This document shows, one piece after another, positions 1 to 9,127 of a DNA stretch of 27,442 bases (position 1 is the stretch's first letter; each line of letters opens with the position of its first letter). Both the position numbers and the translations under genes were made by a program. The notes beneath the pieces were generated by a model, which was not told the DNA's origin, did no database searches, and worked only from the letters and a program-made list of their open reading frames with translations. The stretch is from Rhodospirillales bacterium (GTDB taxonomy: Bacteria; Pseudomonadota; Alphaproteobacteria; Rhodospirillales; Magnetospirillaceae), in the NCBI GenBank assembly GCA_030040955.1, contig JASHSH010000365.1, positions 1 to 27,442 on the forward strand, in the 5' to 3' direction.

Positions 1-1124
1 CGGGCGGCGGCGGCGGCACGGAAGGCCGCGATGGCTTCCGCCGGCTGGCTGGTGCGATGCAGGAAGGCGCCAAGATTATTCCACGCTTCGGTATATCCGG
101 GTTTCACCGCGATCGCCTTGCGCAGCGCATGCTCGGCCTTGTCGACCCGCCCCAAATCGAACAACGCGAGACCAAGATTCGTCCATGCCTCGGCGGATTC
201 AGGATCTGCCGCCGTGGCCCTGGTCAGCGCCGCCTCGGCATCCGCCAAACGGCCCAGGTCGCGGTTCGCGCCTCGGAACTCGAACGATGTCGCGGAGTCG
301 TTGGCCTCGATCTCGGAGGAGCCGCGCGAGCCCGCCTCGGAGCGTTCCAGATCGCGCGTCTGCATCAGCGTGACGCCGAGAGCGTTGAGCGCGTCCGCAT
401 GGTCGGGACGCAAGTCGATGGCTTGGCGGAACGCGTCGATCGCCTCGACAAACCGCCCCGCGCCATGGAGCATCATTCCGAGTTCATAGTGCAGATCGGC
501 GTCGCCTGGCAGCGCGGCGACCACGCGGCGCAACTCTTCCGCCGCGTCGGCCAGCCTCCCTTGGACTCGCAGCAATCTGGCGAGGGTGGTGCGAGCTGGG
601 ATCAGCCCCGGATTCAGTTCCAGCGCCGCGCGGCATTCGCTCTCGGCCTCGACTTGCGTCCCTTGCTCGTGCAGTGCGGCGCCCAGATTCGCATGGGCCT
701 CGGCGAGAGAAGGCGCTATCGCGACCACCCGGCGAATTGTCGCGACGGCCATCTCGATCTTGCCGAGCTGGCGATAGGCCAGCGCCAAATTGTAGAGCGA
801 TTCGACGTGCCGGGGATCGATCGCGAGCCCGGCCTCGAATGTCTCGATCGCCGCTTCGATCTGGCCCAGCGCCATGCGAACATTGCCCAGCCAGCAGCGA
901 TACGCCGCCCGCGTTCCGTCGCGCGTGACGGCTTCGCCCAACAGATCGAGAGCCGCTTCGTGTCTACCGCTTTGCGCGGCGATCATGCCGAGACGGAACA
1001 GTACCTCGGCCCGGCCCGGCTGCTGGCGCTGCGCCTGACGGAACAGTGCCTCCGCTTCCGCCAGTCTTCCGGCACGTTGCTGCTCCAGGCCGATGACGAA
1101 AGGATCTTTGGTCGCCGATCCCAT
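1..1124 (-). CDS. TPR-repeat protein, partial (C-terminus runs off the left edge; possibly another TPR-glycosyltransferase)
   Basis: Absent from the ORF track because there is no stop in the window. Manual translation from ATG at 1124 gives MGSATKDPFVIGLEQQRAGRLAEAEALFRQ...EAWTNLGLALFDLGRVDKAEHALRKAIAVKPGYTEAWNNLG, a run of 34-aa TPR units open to position 1. It starts 14 nt after the stop of the upstream gene. Confidence 0.9.
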   Translation of the reverse strand, partial: MGSATKDPFVIGLEQQRAGRLAEAEALFRQAQRQQPGRAEVLFRLGMIAAQSGRHEAALDLLGEAVTRDGTRAAYRCWLGNVRMALGQIEAAIETFEAGLAIDPRHVESLYNLALAYRQLGKIEMAVATIRRVVAIAPSLAEAHANLGAALHEQGTQVEAESECRAALELNPGLIPARTTLARLLRVQGRLADAAEELRRVVAALPGDADLHYELGMMLHGAGRFVEAIDAFRQAIDLRPDHADALNALGVTLMQTRDLERSEAGSRGSSEIEANDSATSFEFRGANRDLGRLADAEAALTRATAADPESAEAWTNLGLALFDLGRVDKAEHALRKAIAVKPGYTEAWNNLGAFLHRTSQPAEAIAAFRAAAAA

Positions 1125-1138
1125 GCTCTCGAACAATG

Positions 1139-2863
1139 CTACCGAATTTGTTCGCGCGTGCCGCTCCAGGCCGCAAGCGCCGCTTCTACCACGGCCATCG
1201 CGCCGGCCCAGTCTCCGGGCTTGGACTGGCGAAACAGTCGCATGGTGGGATACCACGGGCAATCCTCGCGGTCGAGCAGCCACCGCCAGTCGGGAGCGAA
1301 TGTCAACACCACCCATGTCGGCTTGCCGAGCGCGCCAGCCAGATGGGCGACCGACGTGTCCACCGTGATCACCAGGTCTAGAAGACCGATCAAGGCCGCG
1401 GTCTCGGCAAAATCGGTCAGTTGAGTCCGATAATCAGAGAGTCCAGGTGTGGCAGCCAGAGCATCTTCGTCGACTCCATGCGGAGCCGGTTGAATCAGAT
1501 ACCAGGACGCGGACCGGTTTCGAAGCAGCGACGTGAATGCCGAGAACGGCGCGGACCGGTTGCTGTCGTTTTGCTGCGCCGGATTGCCCGACCAGGCGAA
1601 ACCGATGTGTGGACCGGGACCGACCACGCGTTCGCGCCACTTCGCCATCCGCGCGGGATCCGCGACGAGATATGGCGAACGCGACGGTATCGTCTCGAGT
1701 CTCGTGTCGAATAGTCTTGGCAGGCTCAACAGCGGACAGTGCAAATCGAACGGTGGCAGCGGGTCGCCGCGTCCGATGACGCGCCAAGCTCCGTCCAAGC
1801 CGGTCAGCAGCGGCATCAACGGCCGCTGCACCTCCAGCACAACGCGGGCGCCGCGCGCGGCAACCATTTCGACGTAGCGGCAGAATTGGATCGTGTCGCC
1901 CATGCCACCTTCAGCATGCAACAAGATGGTCCGGTTGGCGATGTCCCCTCCATCCCATTGCGGTTGGACCAGGCCGCGAGGCTTGAGTGCCTCGACTCCG
2001 CCCCGCCAGCGCCACTCGTGCAAATCCCATCCTTCCGCGAATTGTCCGAGTTGCAGTCGTACGAGCGCCTCGTTGTACCGCGCTTTCGGGAAGTCCGCAT
2101 TGGTAGGCAGGACCATCCGATACGCCCCGATCGCCTCCTGGTACCGCCCCAGCTTCTCCAAAATGAAGCCGAGATTGATGGGTGTCTCGTTGTGACCGGG
2201 ATCGATTTCGAGGGCGCGGCGATAGGCGTTCGCCGCCTCCTCCCGGCGGCCGAGCGCCTGCAAGGCGATGCCGAGATTGTATTGGGCGTCCGCGCTTTCC
2301 GGTCGCACGGCCAGCGCCGCGCGGTGGAATTCCTCGGCCTCGCGGTGCCGGCCAAGACTCGCGAGCACCACGCCGAGATTGTTGTGCGCGTCGAAATGGT
2401 GCGGGCGGACCGCGATCACCTTCCGATATTCCTCCATTGCCTGCGGAAGCCGCTCGAGTTTCGCAAGCACATTGCCCAGATTGTATCGCGCGTCGACATT
2501 GGCCGGATCCAATTCGAGCGCGCGGCGATAACTCGCGGTCGCCTCCTCGAACTTCCGCAACGACTCGAGCGCGACGCCCAGGTTCGAATGATAGGCACCC
2601 CGCGTCGGATCCGCGGCGACGGCGGCGGCAAGCAAGTCGGCCGCGAGCAAGTTTCGATCGGTCTGGAGGGCTATGACTCCCAGTCCATTCGAAGCGGCGG
2701 CATGACCGGGCTCGCCGGACAGAATGCGGCGATAGAGAGCCTCGGCATCGGACAGGTGGCCGCTCGCGTGCTGGTGCTGGGCGGATTCGAGAAGCCGCTC
2801 GATCGAAACCGAATGAGAACCGATACGCGCCAATTCTCCGCTCCGGCACCGGCTCCTGGCCAC
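1139..2863 (-). CDS. TPR-containing glycosyltransferase, GT9/heptosyltransferase-like GT-B C-terminal domain
   Basis: About 7 TPRs followed by EGGMGDTIQF...HCPLLSLP...LDLVITVDTSVAHLAGALGKP...DWRW...PWYPTMRLFRQ. The start is uncertain: GTG 2863, or TTG 2833 which has a GGAG just upstream. Confidence 0.88.
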   Translation of the reverse strand: MARSRCRSGELARIGSHSVSIERLLESAQHQHASGHLSDAEALYRRILSGEPGHAAASNGLGVIALQTDRNLLAADLLAAAVAADPTRGAYHSNLGVALESLRKFEEATASYRRALELDPANVDARYNLGNVLAKLERLPQAMEEYRKVIAVRPHHFDAHNNLGVVLASLGRHREAEEFHRAALAVRPESADAQYNLGIALQALGRREEAANAYRRALEIDPGHNETPINLGFILEKLGRYQEAIGAYRMVLPTNADFPKARYNEALVRLQLGQFAEGWDLHEWRWRGGVEALKPRGLVQPQWDGGDIANRTILLHAEGGMGDTIQFCRYVEMVAARGARVVLEVQRPLMPLLTGLDGAWRVIGRGDPLPPFDLHCPLLSLPRLFDTRLETIPSRSPYLVADPARMAKWRERVVGPGPHIGFAWSGNPAQQNDSNRSAPFSAFTSLLRNRSASWYLIQPAPHGVDEDALAATPGLSDYRTQLTDFAETAALIGLLDLVITVDTSVAHLAGALGKPTWVVLTFAPDWRWLLDREDCPWYPTMRLFRQSKPGDWAGAMAVVEAALAAWSGTREQIR

Positions 2864-2927
2864 CCTCGGTCATCTGCCGCACCGCGAACTCACTCGGCTC
2901 GCGGTAGGTGATTCGCGACGCCGGTTC

Positions 2928-2956
2928 ATCTAATCGGCGCCACCCGGAGGGTCAAG
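2928..2956 (-). promoter_or_regulatory. sigma70-type promoter candidate for the 1139-2863 gene
   Basis: The minus strand reads CTTGAC-N17-TTAGAT, close to the alphaproteobacterial RpoD consensus CTTGAC-N17-CTATAT, and lies in the intergenic gap. Confidence 0.45.
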
Positions 2957-2967
2957 CCCGGCCACCC

Positions 2968-4602
2968 TCAGCGCCCTTCGCCTCCTTCGGCCAGCTTAGC
3001 GTACGCGACCAGCGCGTTCCGTACCCGCCCGGCAACAGCACTCCAGTCCCCGCGCTTGGGTTGGCGAAACAAGCGCATCGTTGGATACCAAGGACTGTCT
3101 TCGCGTTCACGGAACCAGCGCCAATCGGGCGCGAAATCGAGCAATGCCCAGGTCCGGACCCCCGTCGCGCCGGCGAGATGGCAGACCGCGGTGTCGACGG
3201 AAATCACCACATCCAGGCTGGCCATGAGGGCCGCGGTATCCGCGAAATCGGCGAATTCCCGACCCGCGTCCAGCGTGCGCCGCCCCCCTCCGACCGCTGC
3301 CAGCTCATTCGGGCTCGCGTCTTTCTGCAAGCTGACCAAGGTGGCGGGAAGGTCGCCGAGCATGTAGGCAATTGCGGTCGGATCGACGGAACGATAGCGA
3401 TTGCGCGATTGCGTCGCCTTGCCCCTCCATACCAGGCCGACTTTCGGCCGTGGACCGTTTCCGACCCAATCCCGCCACTTTGCCGCAAGACTTGGATCGA
3501 TGCGTATATACGGTACCGCGGCGGGTATGGTCGCGAAGCGCGTGCCCAAGGCGAACGGCAGGGAAAGCAGCGGACAATGCGCATCGTAGGGCGGCAGCGG
3601 TTCGCCCTGCGTGACGGTCTCGATGCCTTCGATCGAGTGAAACAGCCGGGCAAGACTCCTAGGTGCCTCCACGACGACTCGCCAATCTCGGTCCGCGACC
3701 TGGCGAGCGAAGCGCACGAATTGAATGGAATCGCCCGCGCCTTGCTCCGGCCAAAGCAAAATCGTGCGCCCGCCGCCGACCTCTCCCGACCATAGGGGGC
3801 TGCCGTATCCGCGCATCCTCCGTTCGGCGTCCGCGTCGAGCCGCCAGCGCCATTCATGTTCTCCGAGACCATTCTCGAAGTCGCCCCGGAGCAGAAGACC
3901 CAGCCCCATGTTCCAATGCGCGTTCGCGTAGTCGGGTCGCTGGGCAAGGGCCGCGCGATAGCTGGTCAGCGCCTCGTCGTATCGGCCGAGTTCGCGCAAG
4001 ACGATGCCGCGGTTGTTGTGTCTCTCGGCGGAGGCAGGCGCCAGCTGGAGCGATCTGGCTAGGCTCGCCTCGGGCTCCTCCATCTGGCCCAGTTCCATCA
4101 AGGCAGCGCCCAGGCTGCCGTGGGCGGATGCCTGTTCGGGAGCCAAATCGACGGCGCGACGCAGAGCGGCCACGGATGGCTCCAAACTTCCCTGTTCCAT
4201 TGCCGCGATGCCGAGATTGTAATGCGCGGACGCCAGATCGGGTTGGAGCTCGACCGCACGGCTATAGGATAAGACGGCATCGGCGAGCCGGCCTAGACCC
4301 TTGAGCGCGTTTCCCAGGTTGACGTGGTAGGCAGCGACCGAGCCGCTTACCTGAATCGCACGTCCAATCCATTCGATCGCAGATTCGTGCGTACCGGCCC
4401 GCGACGCGATCACGCCGCGCAGATGAAGGGCATCGGGTTGATTTGGCTCGATGGCGAGAACTTCCTCGCACAAAGCGTCCGCGTCGGCCGAGTTGCCGTC
4501 TCGTTCCAGCCTCAGGGCGTCGGCTACGAGCCGTGGAATTGCCGCGGTGCCGCGAGCCCCGGACGCCGCCCGCTTCGCCACTTCCTTTTGTTCGCGAACC
4601 AT
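2968..4602 (-). CDS. TPR-containing glycosyltransferase, GT9-like
   Basis: TPRs followed by EQGAGDSIQF...HCPLLSLP...VDTAVCHLAGATG...DWRW...SPWYPTMRLFRQ. ATG 4602 (MVREQKEV) is preferred over 4716 because the extension is non-TPR and occupies the divergent intergenic region. Confidence 0.88.
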   Translation of the reverse strand: MVREQKEVAKRAASGARGTAAIPRLVADALRLERDGNSADADALCEEVLAIEPNQPDALHLRGVIASRAGTHESAIEWIGRAIQVSGSVAAYHVNLGNALKGLGRLADAVLSYSRAVELQPDLASAHYNLGIAAMEQGSLEPSVAALRRAVDLAPEQASAHGSLGAALMELGQMEEPEASLARSLQLAPASAERHNNRGIVLRELGRYDEALTSYRAALAQRPDYANAHWNMGLGLLLRGDFENGLGEHEWRWRLDADAERRMRGYGSPLWSGEVGGGRTILLWPEQGAGDSIQFVRFARQVADRDWRVVVEAPRSLARLFHSIEGIETVTQGEPLPPYDAHCPLLSLPFALGTRFATIPAAVPYIRIDPSLAAKWRDWVGNGPRPKVGLVWRGKATQSRNRYRSVDPTAIAYMLGDLPATLVSLQKDASPNELAAVGGGRRTLDAGREFADFADTAALMASLDVVISVDTAVCHLAGATGVRTWALLDFAPDWRWFREREDSPWYPTMRLFRQPKRGDWSAVAGRVRNALVAYAKLAEGGEGR

Positions 4603-4784
4603 CCGATCCAGGTGAGCTTCTCGGGCTCGGGAAACGAACGGTAGTGTACGTCGTCGGCGGAAAGTCAGTCGAGGGGACTCCCTTGATTCCGGCGCATGCA
4701 ATCGGCTACGTCTCACTCGGCGACGGCCGAACTCTTCCCGCTCGCCGCCAGCGAAATCGTACGGCAGAAAGAGAACGCAGGTTC

Positions 4785-6626
4785 ATGCCCGATCGTTCGG
4801 ACGACTTTCGGCGGCAGGCGCAACGAAACTCCAATGTTTCCGCCGACGCGGTGCGGGAACTCGTGGAAAGCGGCATGCGACTCGGCGAGTCGGGACAGTT
4901 GGACGGAGCCGCCGAGCGATTTCGCCAGGCACTGGACCTGGATCCCGATAATGCGGCGGCCCTGGGCGGGCTGGGCAACGTCGCGCAAAGTCAAGGGAGG
5001 CTCGACGAAGCCGTTGCAAGTTACCGCCGCGCGCTGGATGCGGACCCAGGACTAGGATTCGCGCGGGGCAATCTTGGAGTTACCCTGCTGACGCAGGGCA
5101 ACTACAGAGATGGCGCCGAGGCGCTTCGCCTGGCTTGCGAAGCAAATCCTGAGTCGGCGCTGTTGTGGATGCATTACGGCAACGCTCTTCTGTCCATTGG
5201 AGAGCTCGACGAGGCGGAGAGGAAATTCCACCGCGCCTTGGAAATCGTCCCCCGTTCCGCCGAGACGCGTTCGGGCCTGGCTGAAATTCTGCGCCGCCGG
5301 AAGCGCAATGAGGAGGCGATCGCCGAATACCGGCGCGCCATCGAAATCTCGCCCGACTTCTCGGCCGCGCAGCTTGGAATCGGCCTCGTCCTCCTCTCCA
5401 CCCGGCGCTTCGAGGAGGCGGCCGCGGCCCTTCGTCGTGCCATCGAACTCGCTCCGACGCATGCCGAGGCACGGTGCAATCTGGGTATGGCGTTCGCCGC
5501 CCTGAACCGGGTCGACGAGGCCATCGAATGCTACCGGCGCGCGCTGGCGCTCGATCCGCGACTGGCCGCCGCTCCGTACAATCTCGGCACCCTGCAGCAG
5601 AGTCTGGGCCGAGATGACGAGGCGATCGACAGCTTCCGGTCGGCGATCGCAATCCGTCCCGACTACGCCGAGGCGCACAACAACCTGGGGAACTCGCTTC
5701 TCCGCCGCGGCCAGCTCCTCGATGGTTGGGACGAAATCGAGTGGCGCTGGCTGTGCCCGGTATTGAACCTGGGCCCGAAGGAGCGGTATCCGAGGCCGCT
5801 ATGGTCGGGCGAGGCGGCTCCCGCGGGCGCCTCGATTCTCCTGTGGTCGGACACCAGATACGGCGACGTCATCCAGTTCGTTCGCTACGCGCCGATCGTT
5901 GCCCGGTCGGGATGGCGGGTCGTTCTTGGCGTTCCGCATCCGCTCAAGCGTCTGGTCGAGAGCATACCCGGCACCATCGTCGTCGCCGAGGGTGAGATCG
6001 TCCCCGGCTTCCATGTTCATTGCCCGCTGACCAGCGTGCCGCGCATGCTGCGAACCACGCTCGAGACGATACCCGCCGCGATACCGTATCTCCGGCCGGA
6101 GCCGCGCCTGGTCGACAGTTGGCGCGGGAAGCTCGGCGGGTTGCCGGGAACGAAGGTCGGCATCGCATGGAGGGGCGCGGCGGCGCATGCCCGGGATCCG
6201 GGGGGGTCACTGGAACCCGCCCTATTCGCGCGAACGTTCGAGGACGAGGAACTCTCGCTCGTGGTCTTGCAGACCGATGCGACGGCCGATGAGGTCGCGG
6301 CACTACGCGCGGGCGGACGAATTTTCGGCGCGGGCGAGGAGCTGACGGACTTCGCCGAGACCGCGGCGCTGATCGCCAATCTCGATTTGGTGATCACCGT
6401 CGATACCGCGATTTGCCATCTCGCCGGCGCGCTCGGCGCTCCGGTCTGGACGCTGCTCGAACACGTCCCCGATTGGCGCTGGATGGAAGGCCGCGCGGAC
6501 AGTCCCTGGTATCCAACCATGCGGCTGTTCCGACAGACTCGCCCGAAGGATTGGGATTCTGTGGTCGACCGGGTCCGCGCCGAGCTGCGGAGCTTTGTGA
6601 ATGACCGTGCATCTCCAAAGGGTTAA
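4785..6626 (+). CDS. TPR-containing glycosyltransferase, GT9-like
   Basis: Probable start ATG 4785 (MPDRSDDF). About 8-9 TPRs followed by DTRYGDVIQF...HCPLTSVP...VDTAICHLAGALG...DWRW...SPWYPTMRLFRQ. The ORF-track extension to 4443 overlaps the opposite-strand gene. Confidence 0.88.
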   Translation: MPDRSDDFRRQAQRNSNVSADAVRELVESGMRLGESGQLDGAAERFRQALDLDPDNAAALGGLGNVAQSQGRLDEAVASYRRALDADPGLGFARGNLGVTLLTQGNYRDGAEALRLACEANPESALLWMHYGNALLSIGELDEAERKFHRALEIVPRSAETRSGLAEILRRRKRNEEAIAEYRRAIEISPDFSAAQLGIGLVLLSTRRFEEAAAALRRAIELAPTHAEARCNLGMAFAALNRVDEAIECYRRALALDPRLAAAPYNLGTLQQSLGRDDEAIDSFRSAIAIRPDYAEAHNNLGNSLLRRGQLLDGWDEIEWRWLCPVLNLGPKERYPRPLWSGEAAPAGASILLWSDTRYGDVIQFVRYAPIVARSGWRVVLGVPHPLKRLVESIPGTIVVAEGEIVPGFHVHCPLTSVPRMLRTTLETIPAAIPYLRPEPRLVDSWRGKLGGLPGTKVGIAWRGAAAHARDPGGSLEPALFARTFEDEELSLVVLQTDATADEVAALRAGGRIFGAGEELTDFAETAALIANLDLVITVDTAICHLAGALGAPVWTLLEHVPDWRWMEGRADSPWYPTMRLFRQTRPKDWDSVVDRVRAELRSFVNDRASPKG

Positions 6627-6714
6627 CGTCCCGTGCGGCGGGGCGAACGCGAATTGGATCGGGCACCTCGCCTATGTTAATGTTTGCCCGCAACGGCCGG
6701 ATAACGAATCGCCG

Positions 6715-6996
6715 ATGAATCGCAAGGAAAGGCGCGCCGCAGCGAGTCAGCCGCCGGCCGGCGTGCGTCCGGCCGGTCAGCAGACCGGGCTGGCATCCGC
6801 GGCAAGTCCGCCGGCCAGGCCGAGTTTCGCGCTACGGATGGTATCGAGGATACTGCTATCGCCAATGGTGCTGTCCCGCGTGCGGCAGCGCGACCTCGAG
6901 CGCGTGCTCGCCGCCATCGCCGTCGAAGCCGGGCGGCCCGAGGTCGCCGACAGCCTGCTCCGCCGTCAGGCGATGCGCGATGCCGGAGGACGCTGA
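6715..6996 (+). CDS. small hypothetical protein (93 aa) beginning MNRKERRAA
   Basis: It fills the gap between two real genes. It has a basic N-terminal motif of the kind often seen at the start of TPR proteins, then a Pro/Ser/Ala-rich stretch and a predicted helical C-terminus. Confidence 0.6.
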   Translation: MNRKERRAAASQPPAGVRPAGQQTGLASAASPPARPSFALRMVSRILLSPMVLSRVRQRDLERVLAAIAVEAGRPEVADSLLRRQAMRDAGGR

Positions 6997-7014
6997 TCCG
7001 CGGGTGGCCGTCGC

Positions 7015-9123
7015 TCAATAGGGCACAATATCGAAGCTGTAGCTGATCCTTCGCCCGTCCGCGGCGAGCGGCACCGTCATGTGCCAGACGAAGGACGGAA
7101 AGGTGACCAGCAGACCCGGCCGCGGCAGGATCATGCGCTCGGCCGTGGGTGCGCCATTCCGCCGCCAGCGTTCTTCGCCCGGGCCGAGGCGCAGCCAGCC
7201 CTGGCGGGTCGGGTCGTCCGCGCGCACCGACGGCGGAACCTCCACATAGTAGACCCCGCTCAGCCAGCCTTCGGCGTGGATGTGGGGAATCTGGTGACCC
7301 TCGCGCTCCATGATCACGGTCCAGGCGTTCATCCGGTAGGTTTGGGGCGCGTGGGCGTCGAACGGATGCAGATTCGGCGCGACGGAATCGATGCGCTCCT
7401 CGACCGCCCGCAGAATCGCCGAATTCAGCGCCGCGATCTCCGGCTCGCCGCTGTCGGCCAGATTGCCGCTGTGCCATCCGGCCCGCGTGGCATGCCGGCT
7501 TGGGGACGGTTCGAGGCTCGACACCCGAGATAGCGCGCGCGCCAGCTTGGCGTTGAACTTGTCGATCCAGGCATAGCCCGCGGGCACGGGAAGTTCCTGC
7601 GTCACGACCAGACGGTCCAAATCGGCAAGCGCGGATTCCTCGGCGTGGCGGCCCAGTTCGGCCAGCGCGATGCATTCGAAGGCGAGCGCGCGGGCATCCC
7701 ATCTTCCGTCGGCCAGAATTCGCTCGGCCTGGGCGAGCGCCTGTCGTGCCTTGCCCTGTCCGAGCAGCGCCGGCATCAGGTTGTTGCGCGCACCGACATG
7801 CCGCGGGTCGCGTGCCTGCGCCCGACGGAACGCGGCAGCGGCGGCGCGATAATCGTGCAGCTCGAACCAGGCTTGGCCGAGCAGAAAGGCGGATTCCGCT
7901 GCGCCGTCGGCAACGGCGCGGCGCAAGGCGACGACGGCGTCGACCGGCCTTCCCGCCGCGAGCAGCGCCTCGCCGAGCACTCGTTGGACATAAGCCGATT
8001 TTGGCGCCGCGGCGGCCGCCTCCTCGGCCAGCGCCGTGGCCTCGGCTGGCTTGCCGAGCTGCAAGGCCGCGCGGGCCTCGCCGGCAAGGACGAAAGGCTG
8101 ACGCCCGCTTCGCGCGACCAGCTCTTCGCCGAGTCCGAACGCCATTTCGGGTTGACGGTGACGCAGATGCAGGTCGATCCGGCGCAGGTCGGGCGTCGAC
8201 CAGGCCTCGAACATGGATTTCGCGCGCGAAGACGGCAGCGGGAGCCAATGGCGGCGCCGAGGGGCGGCACGCGATTCCTCCTGTCGCGCCACATAATCGT
8301 AGAGCCGCTCCGCTCCTTCCGCGTTGCCCTCATGCAACCGGCCGTGCGCCACGGAGAGAATATCCGCGCGCGTACGCGCCTTGAAGGCGGGCAAGTGCAG
8401 GATGCGCGGGCGATCCCGATTGTTCTCCGGCAGGCGGGAGCCGCGATAGTTCCAGGAATAGTCCAGGGTGCGCAGCCGCAGGCCGAATTTGTTGCTTTCC
8501 GGGCCGAGAATTTCGACCAGGCTGATCTGATCCATGCACAGAAGTTTGCGGCGCACGTCCGGGTCCGCGACATGGGCAAGCGCGGGCAGTGTCGGCAGCG
8601 GATCGAGACCAGCGAGGCGGAAATTCCGCTCCGAGGATTCCGCCCATGCGCGCAGCCAGGACCACACCGCGTCGCCGCGGCGGAACAGCGCGAGGCCGGC
8701 GTTGAACATGCGCTTTCCGAATCGGCGCCGCGAATAGCTGTCGTCGGGCGCGGTCTCGACCATCGCCAGATCGCATTCGTCGAGCAGGTCGAACAGGCCG
8801 GGCAATTCGTGGGTGAAGATGCGCGTGTCGGTGTCGAGATGAAGGGTGCGCTCGTACGGGGTCAATGGAAGCGAGCGCAGCCGGTTGAGCTGGCCGGCCG
8901 CCCAATCCGACGCGATGCCGCTCACCCCCGCGATCCGCCGCACCTCGTCGAACCGCCCCACCCCGCACAGCGGGTGGTCGGGCCGATCGGTGAACAGGGT
9001 GACGGACAGGTCGGGGAATCGCCGCTTCACGCTGTCGGCGGAAAGGAACGCCTCCTCGACATAGCGGTCGTCCTGGCTCGCGACGTAGACGATGCCGCGC
9101 GCGGCGCCGGTGGCGGCGTTCAT
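7015..9123 (-). CDS. GT8-like GT-A domain + TPR + putative 2OG-Fe(II) oxygenase (TIGR02466/PF13759-like) fusion
   Basis: Start ATG 9123 (MNAATGAARGIVYV). The N-terminus has GT8-type motifs LHLDTD, FNAGL, DQ, LDYSWNY and ILH, followed by TPRs. The C-terminus has NAWTVIM...HQIPHIH...WLSGVYYV...PRPGLLVTFPSFVWH...RISYSFD. Confidence 0.8.
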   Translation of the reverse strand: MNAATGAARGIVYVASQDDRYVEEAFLSADSVKRRFPDLSVTLFTDRPDHPLCGVGRFDEVRRIAGVSGIASDWAAGQLNRLRSLPLTPYERTLHLDTDTRIFTHELPGLFDLLDECDLAMVETAPDDSYSRRRFGKRMFNAGLALFRRGDAVWSWLRAWAESSERNFRLAGLDPLPTLPALAHVADPDVRRKLLCMDQISLVEILGPESNKFGLRLRTLDYSWNYRGSRLPENNRDRPRILHLPAFKARTRADILSVAHGRLHEGNAEGAERLYDYVARQEESRAAPRRRHWLPLPSSRAKSMFEAWSTPDLRRIDLHLRHRQPEMAFGLGEELVARSGRQPFVLAGEARAALQLGKPAEATALAEEAAAAAPKSAYVQRVLGEALLAAGRPVDAVVALRRAVADGAAESAFLLGQAWFELHDYRAAAAAFRRAQARDPRHVGARNNLMPALLGQGKARQALAQAERILADGRWDARALAFECIALAELGRHAEESALADLDRLVVTQELPVPAGYAWIDKFNAKLARALSRVSSLEPSPSRHATRAGWHSGNLADSGEPEIAALNSAILRAVEERIDSVAPNLHPFDAHAPQTYRMNAWTVIMEREGHQIPHIHAEGWLSGVYYVEVPPSVRADDPTRQGWLRLGPGEERWRRNGAPTAERMILPRPGLLVTFPSFVWHMTVPLAADGRRISYSFDIVPY

Positions 9124-9127
9124 CGGT

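Noticed and set aside
1911-2882. Alternative-frame ORF starting MRQMTEGGQEP, suggesting a frameshifted N-terminus for the 1139-2863 gene
   Set aside because: It is Arg/Pro-rich with no motifs, and in-frame GTG and TTG starts already explain the gene.
31-2911. Plus-strand ORFs such as 57-1424 and 1739-2911
   Set aside because: They are antisense shadows of TPR genes with clear motifs on the minus strand.
6627-6714. Possible sigma54, sigma70 or CtrA sites upstream of the small ORF (GGCAC, CTATGT, two TTAA)
   Set aside because: The spacing fits none of the consensus patterns.
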